Positions 27,627-35,446 of a stretch of 37,412 nt of DNA are shown piece by piece. The notes under the pieces were generated by a model. It was not told where the DNA came from. It did no database searches and saw only the letters and a program-made list of their open reading frames with translations. A program made the translations under genes and the position numbers. Positions within the stretch are counted from its first letter, which is position 1. Each line of letters opens with the position of its first letter. The stretch comes from a virus (taxonomy: Duplodnaviria; Caudoviricetes): the IMG/VR virus record IMGVR_UViG_3300035338_000003, positions 1 to 37,412 of that record; one strand, given 5' to 3'.

Positions 27627-28280
27627 TCACATGCGCCGGGCGGTCCACCTGACGCGGCCAAACACCGAAAAGTCGGCGTCTTCTCCAGACACCTCAATGT
27701 CGGGCCGCGCCTCGTTGTCACTCTTGCACACCAACCTGCCGGGGTTGCGGAAAAGGCGCTTGACCATCAGCTCGTCGCACACCCGCACTGCGTAGATCAT
27801 GCCCGACCTCACGTCGGTGTCCCGAAGGTTAACCAGCACTGTGGCCCCGTCGGGAATCGTCGGCTCCATGCTGTCGCCGGTCACATCGAACAGGACAAGG
27901 TTTTCGGGGTTGCCGCCCATCTCCACGATGAAGTCCTGCCGGAATGCGTACAGGCCCTCAACGTCGCCGTTGGTGACCAGGGAAGACCCAGCGCCAAGCC
28001 GGGCCTGCACTTTCCTGACGTAGCCATATCCGCACTCGTCGGGCTTTAGCCCGGTGAGCACATCGCCCCAATCTACGCCGAGAACTTCCATGTAGCGGAG
28101 CATGTTGACAAACGGAGTTGACTCGCCGCCTACGCCATCCTTGATCCACCTATTCACGGTAGGCGCAGATGCGCCAAGCAGCTTTCCAAGCGCCTCAAAA
28201 GTCAATCCGTCGGCGCGCCTTTCCTTGATACGCGACAGGATCGCGCTCCATGCCTTGTCGTTGACGGATTTTGCCCTCAT
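27627..28280 (-). CDS. cI: CI-like repressor (HTH plus S24 peptidase)
   Basis: HTH LTFEALGKLLGASAPTVNRW, LGAG cleavage site, VTGDSMEPT and LMVKRL catalytic motifs. Confidence 0.93.
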   Translation of the reverse strand: MRAKSVNDKAWSAILSRIKERRADGLTFEALGKLLGASAPTVNRWIKDGVGGESTPFVNMLRYMEVLGVDWGDVLTGLKPDECGYGYVRKVQARLGAGSSLVTNGDVEGLYAFRQDFIVEMGGNPENLVLFDVTGDSMEPTIPDGATVLVNLRDTDVRSGMIYAVRVCDELMVKRLFRNPGRLVCKSDNEARPDIEVSGEDADFSVFGRVRWTARRM

Positions 28281-28306
28281 AGGCTCAAACCCTATCAGGG
28301 ACCACG

Positions 28307-28358
28307 TTACATCGGCATGCGGCAAATCCTTGACCTCCTCATTGCGTCGATGTAATAT
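28307..28358 (+). promoter_or_regulatory. OR operators (28307-20, 28342-55) and PR promoter TTGACC-17-TAATAT
   Basis: TTGCGTCGATGTAA at 28342 is the exact reverse complement of OL1; near-consensus sigma70 hexamers at 28330 and 28353. Confidence 0.88.
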
Positions 28359-28365
28359 CCACCCC

Positions 28366-28638
28366 ATGAACGCTATCGAACAAATCCGTATCGACAAAGG
28401 CCTGACCGTAGCCGGGATGGCACGAGCCGCCGGGCTGACGGTTCCTACCGTCTGGCGACACTGCAAGGGCCTTTCGAAGCCTGATGCGGAGTCGTGCGCG
28501 GCGTACTCCCGCGCGTTCCGTATACCCTTTGAAAGCCTGCGCCCTGATCTCGCACCTACTCCCCCGGAAGCCGCAGCCAATACTCCGCAGCGACGCGCAC
28601 GCCGTGCCCGGCAAACGAATGCCGAAGCGCAGTCCTGA
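28366..28638 (+). CDS. cro: Cro-like HTH repressor
   Basis: Divergent from cI; LTVAGMARAAGLTVPTVWRH HTH and LRPDL motif. Confidence 0.85.
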   Translation: MNAIEQIRIDKGLTVAGMARAAGLTVPTVWRHCKGLSKPDAESCAAYSRAFRIPFESLRPDLAPTPPEAAANTPQRRARRARQTNAEAQS

Positions 28639-28844
28639 CCACGGCGTCGAGCGTCGGCCCCGGCAGGCCGAGCGTCGGCAGGTACACCGTGCGCCAGTCC
28701 AGCACACCGCCTGCGGTGATGCGAACCACGGCGACCGGGCCGGTGCGGCAACGGCGAGAGGTGATGTGCAGATGGGCGTGTCTCATGGTGGCAACATAGC
28801 ACGCCACCAGCAACCGTAAATTATCGAATTGCGAGGGAAAGATC

Positions 28845-29288
28845 ATGGGCGGCGGCATCCTCGAAGTCATCGAAAGCGCCATGGACGAGCAGGGCATCAG
28901 CATCAAGGCTCTGGCCCCCCTTGTTGGCAAGGAATACCCGACCCTCAAGCGCGAGTTGAACGGCAACGATCCCCTCGCCAAACTGGGCGCGGCTACGCTG
29001 ATTCCGATTATCCGCGTCATCGGCCCGGCTCCCCTCCAGTTCATCGCCGCCGCCTGCGGCTACACCGTCCGGCCCATTCACGGCGCGCCCGACGCGCCCA
29101 GCATGGCCGAAGAGTGTCTGCAAGGGTTCAGCGCAGTCGCCCGCTACATCGAGGCCGCCAACGCCGGGCAGCGCTACACCGACCTGTCGCCGAAACTCGC
29201 CGCCGCCATCAAGGAACTGGAAGACGTGTTCGTTCGCGCCAGGGACCGCGATGAGCTCGCGGCGGCGGAAGTGCGGGGGAGGCAGTAG
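28845..29288 (+). CDS. CII-like regulator (CP76-type)
   Basis: IKALAPLVGKEYPTLKRELN.ND..AKLG motif; downstream of cro. Confidence 0.8.
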   Translation: MGGGILEVIESAMDEQGISIKALAPLVGKEYPTLKRELNGNDPLAKLGAATLIPIIRVIGPAPLQFIAAACGYTVRPIHGAPDAPSMAEECLQGFSAVARYIEAANAGQRYTDLSPKLAAAIKELEDVFVRARDRDELAAAEVRGRQ

Positions 29289-29290
29289 CT

Positions 29291-29842
29291 ATGCCCATCT
29301 GCGTTGATTGCGGAGCTTCACTCGCCCACCACGCAGCCAAGCGGTGCGCGCCGTGCAACGTAGCGCACAAGAAGGCATACATCGCGGCCTACCGCAAACA
29401 GTGGGCGAAGGACAACGCGGAAACGTGTAGGGCTGCCGCCCGTGCGTACTACCATCGCAACGCAGAGGCTCGCAGGGCTCACTCACGGAATTATAAGGCA
29501 GCCCATCGCGACGAACTGAACGCTAAAGCTCGCGCTTATTACTGGGATGACCCGGTTCGCCACAGGCTGCGTTGTCGCGATTACCAGCGCATGGCGAAAC
29601 TGGCCATAAAGGCCGCAAGCAGTCCCGACGCCTGGGCTGTCGTCAACGCGCCGCAACTGCGCACCTGCCAGCGTCTCCACGTCACCGCCCTGAATCTGCC
29701 CTGCGGCCAGCGCGAAGAGTGCCACCTTAACCCCGTGTGCGAGCATGCGGGGGGTTTCAAGGCGCGCAATGCCAATTGGGGCTGGAGGGGTGGTGATGGG
29801 GGGAGCCTGGAGCGCGTGTTGCGGAAGGGAAAGGCTGCGTGA
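29291..29842 (+). CDS. Basic Zn-finger hypothetical protein
   Basis: CVDCG and RCAPC motifs followed by Arg/Tyr-rich helical repeats. Confidence 0.7.
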   Translation: MPICVDCGASLAHHAAKRCAPCNVAHKKAYIAAYRKQWAKDNAETCRAAARAYYHRNAEARRAHSRNYKAAHRDELNAKARAYYWDDPVRHRLRCRDYQRMAKLAIKAASSPDAWAVVNAPQLRTCQRLHVTALNLPCGQREECHLNPVCEHAGGFKARNANWGWRGGDGGSLERVLRKGKAA

Positions 29843-30099
29843 CGCCCTACGACCCGCACCGTTGCCGCCCACGGACGCCAGCCGACGTCGGGGCCATAAG
29901 CGTGCGGGCCGGGCACATCCTGCTTGGCGCATATCCACACCTTCGGCCATGCCCGATGACCGATCCGCCGTGGCAGTGGCTCAGCAAGGAATGGTGCGAG
30001 AAGCGGTGCAAGAACGGAAAATGGCAAAAGAAAAGCCCCCGGCGGGAACCGAGGGCATCAAGTCGCAACCTCACCACGAACGAGGTACCAAATGAATAG
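29839..30099 (+). CDS. Hypothetical protein
   Basis: GTGA coupling to the upstream gene. Confidence 0.45.
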   Translation: MTPYDPHRCRPRTPADVGAISVRAGHILLGAYPHLRPCPMTDPPWQWLSKEWCEKRCKNGKWQKKSPRREPRASSRNLTTNEVPNE

Positions 30100-30250
30100 C
30101 CTGAACCTGACCCCGCGTCAACGGATTTTGATGCGCATGCGCGCGCTGTCGTCGTTGATGCGTCGCCCGTACAAGCAGCACATCCGCACCAGCGCAATGC
30201 GCCGTCACCGTGTCCTCGCCCGGCTGTATCGGGCGGCGAAGGAGGGGTAG
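30092..30250 (+). CDS. Small basic protein (52 aa, not in the ORF track)
   Basis: GAGGT RBS; MNSLNLTPRQRILMRMRALSSLMRRPYKQH... Confidence 0.55.
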   Translation: MNSLNLTPRQRILMRMRALSSLMRRPYKQHIRTSAMRRHRVLARLYRAAKEG

Positions 30251-30252
30251 GG

Positions 30253-31134
30253 GTGTTGCTTGATACGCAGGTAAGGGCGCGTGCCATAAAGGCAGACTGG
30301 CCGCGCGGGCCGTCCACGTGGCTTGACGGTCGCACGCTGTGCGTCTCCATTCCCTTCACGTGGAATCTACCCGAAGTGCGTCACGACATCGAACAGGGCG
30401 GGCTGCTGTGGGACAACGTGCTGATTGGCGGCCCGGCAGCGCAGTTGATGCCGGGATACTTCGCGGACCTGCCCTACGTGCGCGTAGGCGTCGATTCTCC
30501 GGGTGTGCTGCAACGGGTCAACGCATGGGCTACGCGCACGACGACCGGCTGCCCCAACAGGTGCGGCTTCTGCGGCATCGGACGCGGCCTGATCGAGCCG
30601 GGCGGCCTGTGCGAACTGGAAGATTGGCTTGATTTGCCCATCCTCTGCGACAACAACATCCTTGCGGCCAGCCCGGCCCACTTCGACAGGGTGATGGACC
30701 GCCTTGAACGCTGGGGATGGTGCGACTTCAATCAGGGCTTGGATGCCCGATTGTTGGCCGAACACCACGCGGAGCGGATAGCCCGCGTTCATCGCCCGCT
30801 GTGCCGTCTGGCATTGGACGCCATGTCCGTGGCCGATGCGTGGGAGAACGCCTTTTCCCTGCTGCGTCGGTTCAAGGTGGCAAAAAAGTACATCCGGTCG
30901 CTGATCCTCATCGGGTTCAACGACTCGCCGGATGATGCATGGCGGCGATGCCTGTGGGTCGAAAAGCACGGCGTGATGCCGTCGCCCATGTGGTTCCATC
31001 CACTGGACGCGTTGGAATTGAACGCCGTCACAGCACGCCAGAAGGAACTGGGATGGTCGCGTGAAGAGCGCACCCGCATCATGGGCTATTTCTACAAGAG
31101 GCGGGGGAGCGTTCCCGAAGGGGTTGCGGCATGA
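30253..31134 (+). CDS. Radical SAM protein
   Basis: TTTGCPNRCGFC (CxxxCxxC), CDNNILA, DFNQGLDARL and LIGFND motifs. Confidence 0.88.
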   Translation: MLLDTQVRARAIKADWPRGPSTWLDGRTLCVSIPFTWNLPEVRHDIEQGGLLWDNVLIGGPAAQLMPGYFADLPYVRVGVDSPGVLQRVNAWATRTTTGCPNRCGFCGIGRGLIEPGGLCELEDWLDLPILCDNNILAASPAHFDRVMDRLERWGWCDFNQGLDARLLAEHHAERIARVHRPLCRLALDAMSVADAWENAFSLLRRFKVAKKYIRSLILIGFNDSPDDAWRRCLWVEKHGVMPSPMWFHPLDALELNAVTARQKELGWSREERTRIMGYFYKRRGSVPEGVAA

Positions 31135-32234
31135 GGTGGATCAAGCACCTCACCGGCGCGCACCAGGATGAGAAGATGGCGCGCCTCGTGGCCGAACTTG
31201 GGCTGGAGGGGTACGGCTTTTACTGGCTCGTCCTTGAGACAGTCGCTGGGCAGATCGAGGCCGGAAGTGACCGCACCAGCGTCAGCTACCCCATCGCATT
31301 TTGGCGCAAAACCACCGGGTTTTCGATCAAAAAACTGCGGATTTTCGTCGAAAACTGCGCGGATTTAGGAATTATCGCGGCAGATTTTTCCGAAAATTCA
31401 CTGACTATCAGCATACCCAACATATTGAAATACCGTGACGAATGGTCGCGGAAGAAGGGCCAAAACTCCGGAGTCACTCCGGAGCAACTCCGGAGCAAAG
31501 ATTCAGATACAGATACAGAGACAGAAGAAGATAGCAGAACCCCCCCTACCCCCCCGTTGGGGGGTGGACGGGGTGAAGAGGCCGCAGCTGATCCTGCCGA
31601 ACAGATCGTCGAAGCCGACATCGAGCTCGAACAGTTCTTCGATGCCTACCCGGTACGAGCCCGCCAGACCATCCACGCCTGCATCCCTGCATGGCGCGCC
31701 ATGAAGAAGGCCAAGGCGTATCCCGGCCTCTCGAAGCTTTTTGATTCGCTATGCGAGTGGGAAGCTTCGGACCAGTGGCAGCGCGACGGCGGACGCTACA
31801 TCCCCACCCCGCAGAAGTTTCTGGCCGACCGTCTCTGGTTGGCAGCCCCAGCACGCGCAGCGCCGCAACAGCGCCAGCCAGACCGTGGTGTGCCGAAGCA
31901 CGTCCAGGACCGCAACGCCATTGCCCGCGCTTATTTGCGCAGCGAAGGAGTAGACCCCGATGCATGTACCGCAGAGCTTTACGCCGCAGCCTACGGCGAC
32001 AACCGGCCCACGGGCGGCGGGGCAGAGCCGCAAGGCAGCCGCCGTGCTGATGGCGATCAAGGAGGCGCTGGGAAAGTGCGCGATCGCATACCCGGCGGCC
32101 AGGATGGAGGACGCGGCGATTCTCGCCATGGCGAAAATATGGGCCGAAGACCTCGGGCATTTTCGCCCGGCGACGATCGCGGAGGCCGTGAAGCGGCACC
32201 GGAAGGCGTCGAAGTACTGGCCGACCATCGCTGA
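31131..32234 (+). CDS. Replication initiator (O-like)
   Basis: MRWIKH...DEKM...GYGFYW N-terminus, PPTPP linker, FFDAYP and QWQRDGGRYIPTP C-terminal domain. Confidence 0.85.
   Translation: MRWIKHLTGAHQDEKMARLVAELGLEGYGFYWLVLETVAGQIEAGSDRTSVSYPIAFWRKTTGFSIKKLRIFVENCADLGIIAADFSENSLTISIPNILKYRDEWSRKKGQNSGVTPEQLRSKDSDTDTETEEDSRTPPTPPLGGGRGEEAAADPAEQIVEADIELEQFFDAYPVRARQTIHACIPAWRAMKKAKAYPGLSKLFDSLCEWEASDQWQRDGGRYIPTPQKFLADRLWLAAPARAAPQQRQPDRGVPKHVQDRNAIARAYLRSEGVDPDACTAELYAAAYGDNRPTGGGAEPQGSRRADGDQGGAGKVRDRIPGGQDGGRGDSRHGENMGRRPRAFSPGDDRGGREAAPEGVEVLADHR
31465..31495 (+). repeat. Origin iterons: ACTCCGGAG x3, 11-bp period
   Basis: Copies at 31465, 31476 and 31487 inside the initiator gene, next to AT-rich DNA. 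Confidence 0.8.
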
Positions 32235-32409
32235 AATCGCCGCCCTTTGCGAGGCGGTGGAGGCCGAACCGCCCCCCCGCGCGCAGGATGCGATGGCCCT
32301 CCCGCCGGGGCAAGGGAAAACGCTGGAGTGGAGCGAGGAGCAGACGGAACGGAACCGACGCGGGGCGTTGGCCGTGATCCGCAGGCTGAGCGGGAGGATG
32401 CAGGCATGA
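31960..32409 (+). CDS. Helicase loader or inhibitor (P/G39P-like)
   Basis: GAAGGAG RBS; IWAEDL and KYWPTIAEI motifs; follows the initiator. Confidence 0.75.
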   Translation: MHVPQSFTPQPTATTGPRAAGQSRKAAAVLMAIKEALGKCAIAYPAARMEDAAILAMAKIWAEDLGHFRPATIAEAVKRHRKASKYWPTIAEIAALCEAVEAEPPPRAQDAMALPPGQGKTLEWSEEQTERNRRGALAVIRRLSGRMQA

Positions 32410-32723
32410 GCGAATACCGCGACATTGACGGATTCCCCGGCTACGGCGTGTCCGCCGATGGCAAGGTCATGGGCAGGTGCGGCTTCGTGCTGGCTGTTTC
32501 CAAGGCTGGAACCGTGAGCCTGTACAGGGATGGGAAGCCGCACGTTCGCAAGGTTGCAGAACTTGTTGCCGAGGTATGGGGAGCCGCGCAGCAGGAAAAA
32601 CCTGTTCCCACCGTGCCGCAGCATGCATGCGCGGACTGTCCGCACCCGGACGAGGTGCGTAGGCTGGGCGGCGTCGTGCGAGACCTTGAGGCTCGGCTCG
32701 ACCTGTGCGGGGTGGAACTGTGA
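32406..32723 (+). CDS. NUMOD4-like protein
   Basis: YRDIDGFPGYGVSADGKV...VSLYRDGK...VAELVAEVW; no HNH motif. Confidence 0.7.
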   Translation: MSEYRDIDGFPGYGVSADGKVMGRCGFVLAVSKAGTVSLYRDGKPHVRKVAELVAEVWGAAQQEKPVPTVPQHACADCPHPDEVRRLGGVVRDLEARLDLCGVEL

Positions 32724-33178
32724 GAGTCACCGCAGCAGATATTCAGCGTGCCGGGGGCCTTGCCAAGTGGCAGCAGCAACAGGCGCAGCAGTCACCTCCT
32801 CGCCCATCAGTCAGCGCGACGCAGCGCAAGCCGATACTCGCCCAGGCGCGCACTCCGCATCCCGGCCGCACCTACCGCACCGAAGGCATGAATCAGACCG
32901 AGGCACGGTATGCCGACCATCTGGCCGCCTTGGAGCGCAAGGGAAGGGTGGTGGGGTGGGATTATGAGGGCTTCAAACTGCGGCTGGCCGACAAGACGTT
33001 CTACACGCCCGACTTCCTCGTCATTCTTGCAGACGGTCGCATCGAACTCCACGAGGTCAAGGGCCACTGGGAAGACGACGCCCGCGTGAAGATCAAGGTC
33101 GCAGCGGCGCAGAAGCCTTGGTTCACCTTCGTGGCGGTGAAGTGGGTCAAGGGAGGGTGGGAATATGAGCGGTTCTAG
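32720..33178 (+). CDS. PD-(D/E)XK nuclease or resolvase (DUF1064-like)
   Basis: MNQTEARY, YTPDF and HEVKG motifs. Confidence 0.8.
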   Translation: MRVTAADIQRAGGLAKWQQQQAQQSPPRPSVSATQRKPILAQARTPHPGRTYRTEGMNQTEARYADHLAALERKGRVVGWDYEGFKLRLADKTFYTPDFLVILADGRIELHEVKGHWEDDARVKIKVAAAQKPWFTFVAVKWVKGGWEYERF

Positions 33179-33491
33179 CTGGACCCACCCCCTCATCCCC
33201 GACGAAACGGACGGCGTAAAAGGCGGTGCCAGCATTTACGCCATGGCTCTGGACCGCTGGGGCTATGTCCCGCAGATGCTCAAGACCGTCGAGGAGTGCG
33301 GCGAGCTCATCACCGCGCTGATGCACGCGCTTGACGGGCGCGGCACGCCGGAAGAGGTCGCCAGCGAGATCGCCGACGTGCAGATCATGTGCGAGCAGAT
33401 GGCGCTGGTGTACGGCACAGGACTTGTCGCGGCACAGAAGCGCGAGAAACTGTCCCGCTTGGCCGGGCTGCTGGGGAGGCCTGCCGCATGA
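33165..33491 (+). CDS. MazG-like NTP pyrophosphohydrolase
   Basis: EECGELI...SEIADVQIM (ExxE...ExxD). Confidence 0.8.
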   Translation: MSGSSWTHPLIPDETDGVKGGASIYAMALDRWGYVPQMLKTVEECGELITALMHALDGRGTPEEVASEIADVQIMCEQMALVYGTGLVAAQKREKLSRLAGLLGRPAA

Positions 33492-33661
33492 TCGACGCCA
33501 TCACCTACGAACTTGTGCGGTTTGCGCTGTACGCGGCGGCCATCGCCTGCGTGGTGGTTTTCGGCCCGCGTGGCCTGTGCATCGCGGTCGAGGCCGCGTT
33601 TCGAATTGTCGCGCACCTGCGCGGAGAATGGGCCGCGAGACGGCGGCCGGGGAGGGTGTAG
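33488..33661 (+). CDS. Small membrane protein
   Basis: GGAGG RBS, ATGA coupling, hydrophobic segment. Confidence 0.55.
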   Translation: MIDAITYELVRFALYAAAIACVVVFGPRGLCIAVEAAFRIVAHLRGEWAARRRPGRV

Positions 33662-33663
33662 AC

Positions 33664-33807
33664 GTGGGTGGGTATTTACCAGACCTATCTGCATTGTATC
33701 GCGTCATTGGCTTTCTTCTGGTCACCTTCGTGCCCCTTGGCCTGTGGAAGCTGGCCGAAATCGTCGCGTGGCTGTTCAGCCACGTGTCCATCAGCGTGGG
33801 AGGGTAG
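33664..33807 (+). CDS. Small membrane protein
   Basis: VPLGLWKLAEIVAWLFSHVSIS motif. Confidence 0.6.
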   Translation: MGGYLPDLSALYRVIGFLLVTFVPLGLWKLAEIVAWLFSHVSISVGG

Positions 33808-33811
33808 GAAG

Positions 33812-34219
33812 ATGCCCATCGGAGTCAACCCGCCGCGTGATCCAAGCGAACGCCCGGAACCGCCAGCCAGACCGCCGATGCCAGGCCGCATCACCATTAG
33901 CCGTGAGCAGTGGCAGGCCGTGTGCATCGAGCGCACCCGCATGCAGCGCGTCGTGGAGGCGGCGCGTGATGTGTCTGATTCTTGCGGCAACATCTCGGAC
34001 ATCGACGCCCTGGACGCAGCCCTGCGCGACCTCGACGCGCTGGCCGGACAGGACAAGGATGCTTACCCCCGCTGCAACGACACCGGAGTGGCGACGGACG
34101 GAGACGTGGAGATCTGCGAGTGCGGCGCTGGAACCAGCCCCTACAAGCCGGGCGCACCGGTTGTTCGTCGCATGGGTCAGCTTGGTGTGGTTGTTCTTGA
34201 CGATGACGGGGAGGTGTAG
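33812..34219 (+). CDS. Hypothetical protein
   Basis: GGGAGG RBS; Pro-rich N-terminus; RCNDTG...CECG motif. Confidence 0.6.
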   Translation: MPIGVNPPRDPSERPEPPARPPMPGRITISREQWQAVCIERTRMQRVVEAARDVSDSCGNISDIDALDAALRDLDALAGQDKDAYPRCNDTGVATDGDVEICECGAGTSPYKPGAPVVRRMGQLGVVVLDDDGEV

Positions 34220-34220
34220 C

Positions 34221-34388
34221 GTGGCGCGCCTAACCATCGCCGTGTGCTGCCTGCTGCTCCTGCCCGCCGCAGTGCTCGACCTGTTCTTCGGCCTGCTGTC
34301 GGTGATGGGCGGTGGCGAGTCGTGGCCCCTGTGCCGCACCCTGTGCGCGGCTATCAGTGACGCGAATGCGAAATTGGAGAGAGCATGA
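34221..34388 (+). CDS. Small membrane protein
   Basis: GGAGGT RBS, GTG start, hydrophobic. Confidence 0.5.
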   Translation: MARLTIAVCCLLLLPAAVLDLFFGLLSVMGGGESWPLCRTLCAAISDANAKLERA

Positions 34389-34606
34389 GCCGCCCACGCA
34401 ACAACATCCGCTGCCCCGAATGCGCGCGGGCCGGGCGTCCAGGCGACGACTGCCGGGTGCTGCGAACCGAGCCGGACATCGGAAGCGGCAAGACCCGCAC
34501 CTACCTGTGCAACGACTGCGGCACGCTGGTGCACACGCACGAGGCCGTGATCCGCCACACGCCGCCCGTTCCGCTGGGCGCGCCGAGAATGCAAGAGGCC
34601 CCCTAA
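34385..34606 (+). CDS. Ogr/Delta-like Zn-ribbon late-gene activator
   Basis: IRCPEC...RTYLCNDCG...THE; last gene of the early-right operon. Confidence 0.65.
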   Translation: MSRPRNNIRCPECARAGRPGDDCRVLRTEPDIGSGKTRTYLCNDCGTLVHTHEAVIRHTPPVPLGAPRMQEAP

Positions 34607-34623
34607 CCAGGGGCCTTTTCTTT
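34593..34623. terminator. Terminator hairpin between convergent genes
   Basis: AAG-AGGCCCC-loop-GGGGCCT-TTTCTTT spanning both stop codons. Confidence 0.8.
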
Positions 34624-34797
34624 GGCCGGGCGACCGACCTTGGCGGATGCGCGCCATGTCTCAAGGTCGTCGGGGTCGATCAGCACGGTGCGGCCTGGCT
34701 CCATTTTTTTAACCCGCAGCTTTCCCCGGCTGATTGCGGCATAGAGGGTATCCGGCGGCTTGCCAACAAGGGCTGCGGCTTGGCGAACGGTGAGCAT
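34603..34797 (-). CDS. HTH_17-type DNA-binding protein (Aca-like position)
   Basis: MLTVRQAAALVGKPPDTLYAAISRGKL...LIDPDDLE...GRP. Confidence 0.85.
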   Translation of the reverse strand: MLTVRQAAALVGKPPDTLYAAISRGKLRVKKMEPGRTVLIDPDDLETWRASAKVGRPAKEKAPG

Positions 34798-35018
34798 TAG
34801 GCACCCCGCGCGGAAAGGACTTCGCCGTTCTGGCTGTCGCGCACCACGGACAGGCCCGCAGATTCCAGCAGCAGCCCGGCGATGTGGTGGTGAGCGTTAT
34901 CGGCTTCGTCGGCCCACGCGTTGCCGCTGATGCTTTCAACGAGTGCGACTAGCGCGGGCTTGGGCAGGCGGCCCATCATTTCGGCAGTGATTTCGTAGGC
35001 GGTGGTGATGGTCAACAT
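34797..35018 (-). CDS. Hypothetical protein (73 aa), anti-defence candidate
   Basis: GGGAG RBS; TAATG coupling to the HTH gene. Confidence 0.75.
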   Translation of the reverse strand: MLTITTAYEITAEMMGRLPKPALVALVESISGNAWADEADNAHHHIAGLLLESAGLSVVRDSQNGEVLSARGA

Positions 35019-35097
35019 GTCGGTCTCCCGTTGTTTTGTGGTTTGTCTCCAATCCCAACCCCTACCCCGGCGATCGGGGAAGGCATGGGGCTAGAGG

Positions 35098-35391
35098 CTA
35101 GTTGCTCATTTCGTCCTCAACGTACCTGCGAATAGCGTCAAGGGGGCTGTCTGCGTCCGTCCACGAGGTTGCGCCGCTGCTGCCGCTGCCGACGTAGACG
35201 AGTCCCGCACGCATGGTATCGGGGCACCACAGGATTTGGACGTATCCGAGGTTGTGGTCACAACCGTCGTAAGATCCGTACAGCTCATAGTCGCACCCGT
35301 CGTCGTCGCCGGATATGTCGGCGCGCAGGCTGTCGTCGAGGTCGTCGGCGAAGTTGAGGGTATGGACGGTGTAGATAGGTTCGGTCGTCAT
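35098..35391 (-). CDS. Highly acidic 97-aa protein, anti-defence or DNA-mimic candidate
   Basis: AGGAG RBS; 20 D/E versus 4 R and 0 K. Confidence 0.75.
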   Translation of the reverse strand: MTTEPIYTVHTLNFADDLDDSLRADISGDDDGCDYELYGSYDGCDHNLGYVQILWCPDTMRAGLVYVGSGSSGATSWTDADSPLDAIRRYVEDEMSN

Positions 35392-35446
35392 GGACTTGCT
35401 CCTAGTGCTGTCGGCTCCGGGCTGATTCCCTCGCCTCGTTGATTCC

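Noticed and set aside
26890-27795. 301-aa hydrophobic plus-strand ORF
   Set aside because: Antisense to the charged secreted protein and crosses PL, OL and the terminator; the hydrophobicity is a mirror artefact
28281-28802. N-terminal extension making CI 391 aa
   Set aside because: Runs through OR/PR and cro; the HTH starts right after ATG 28280
31465-31525. Short repeats as a CRISPR array
   Set aside because: 9-bp units without spacers inside the initiator gene fit iterons; no cas genes
32406-32723. HNH homing endonuclease
   Set aside because: NUMOD4-like N-terminus only; no HNH catalytic motif
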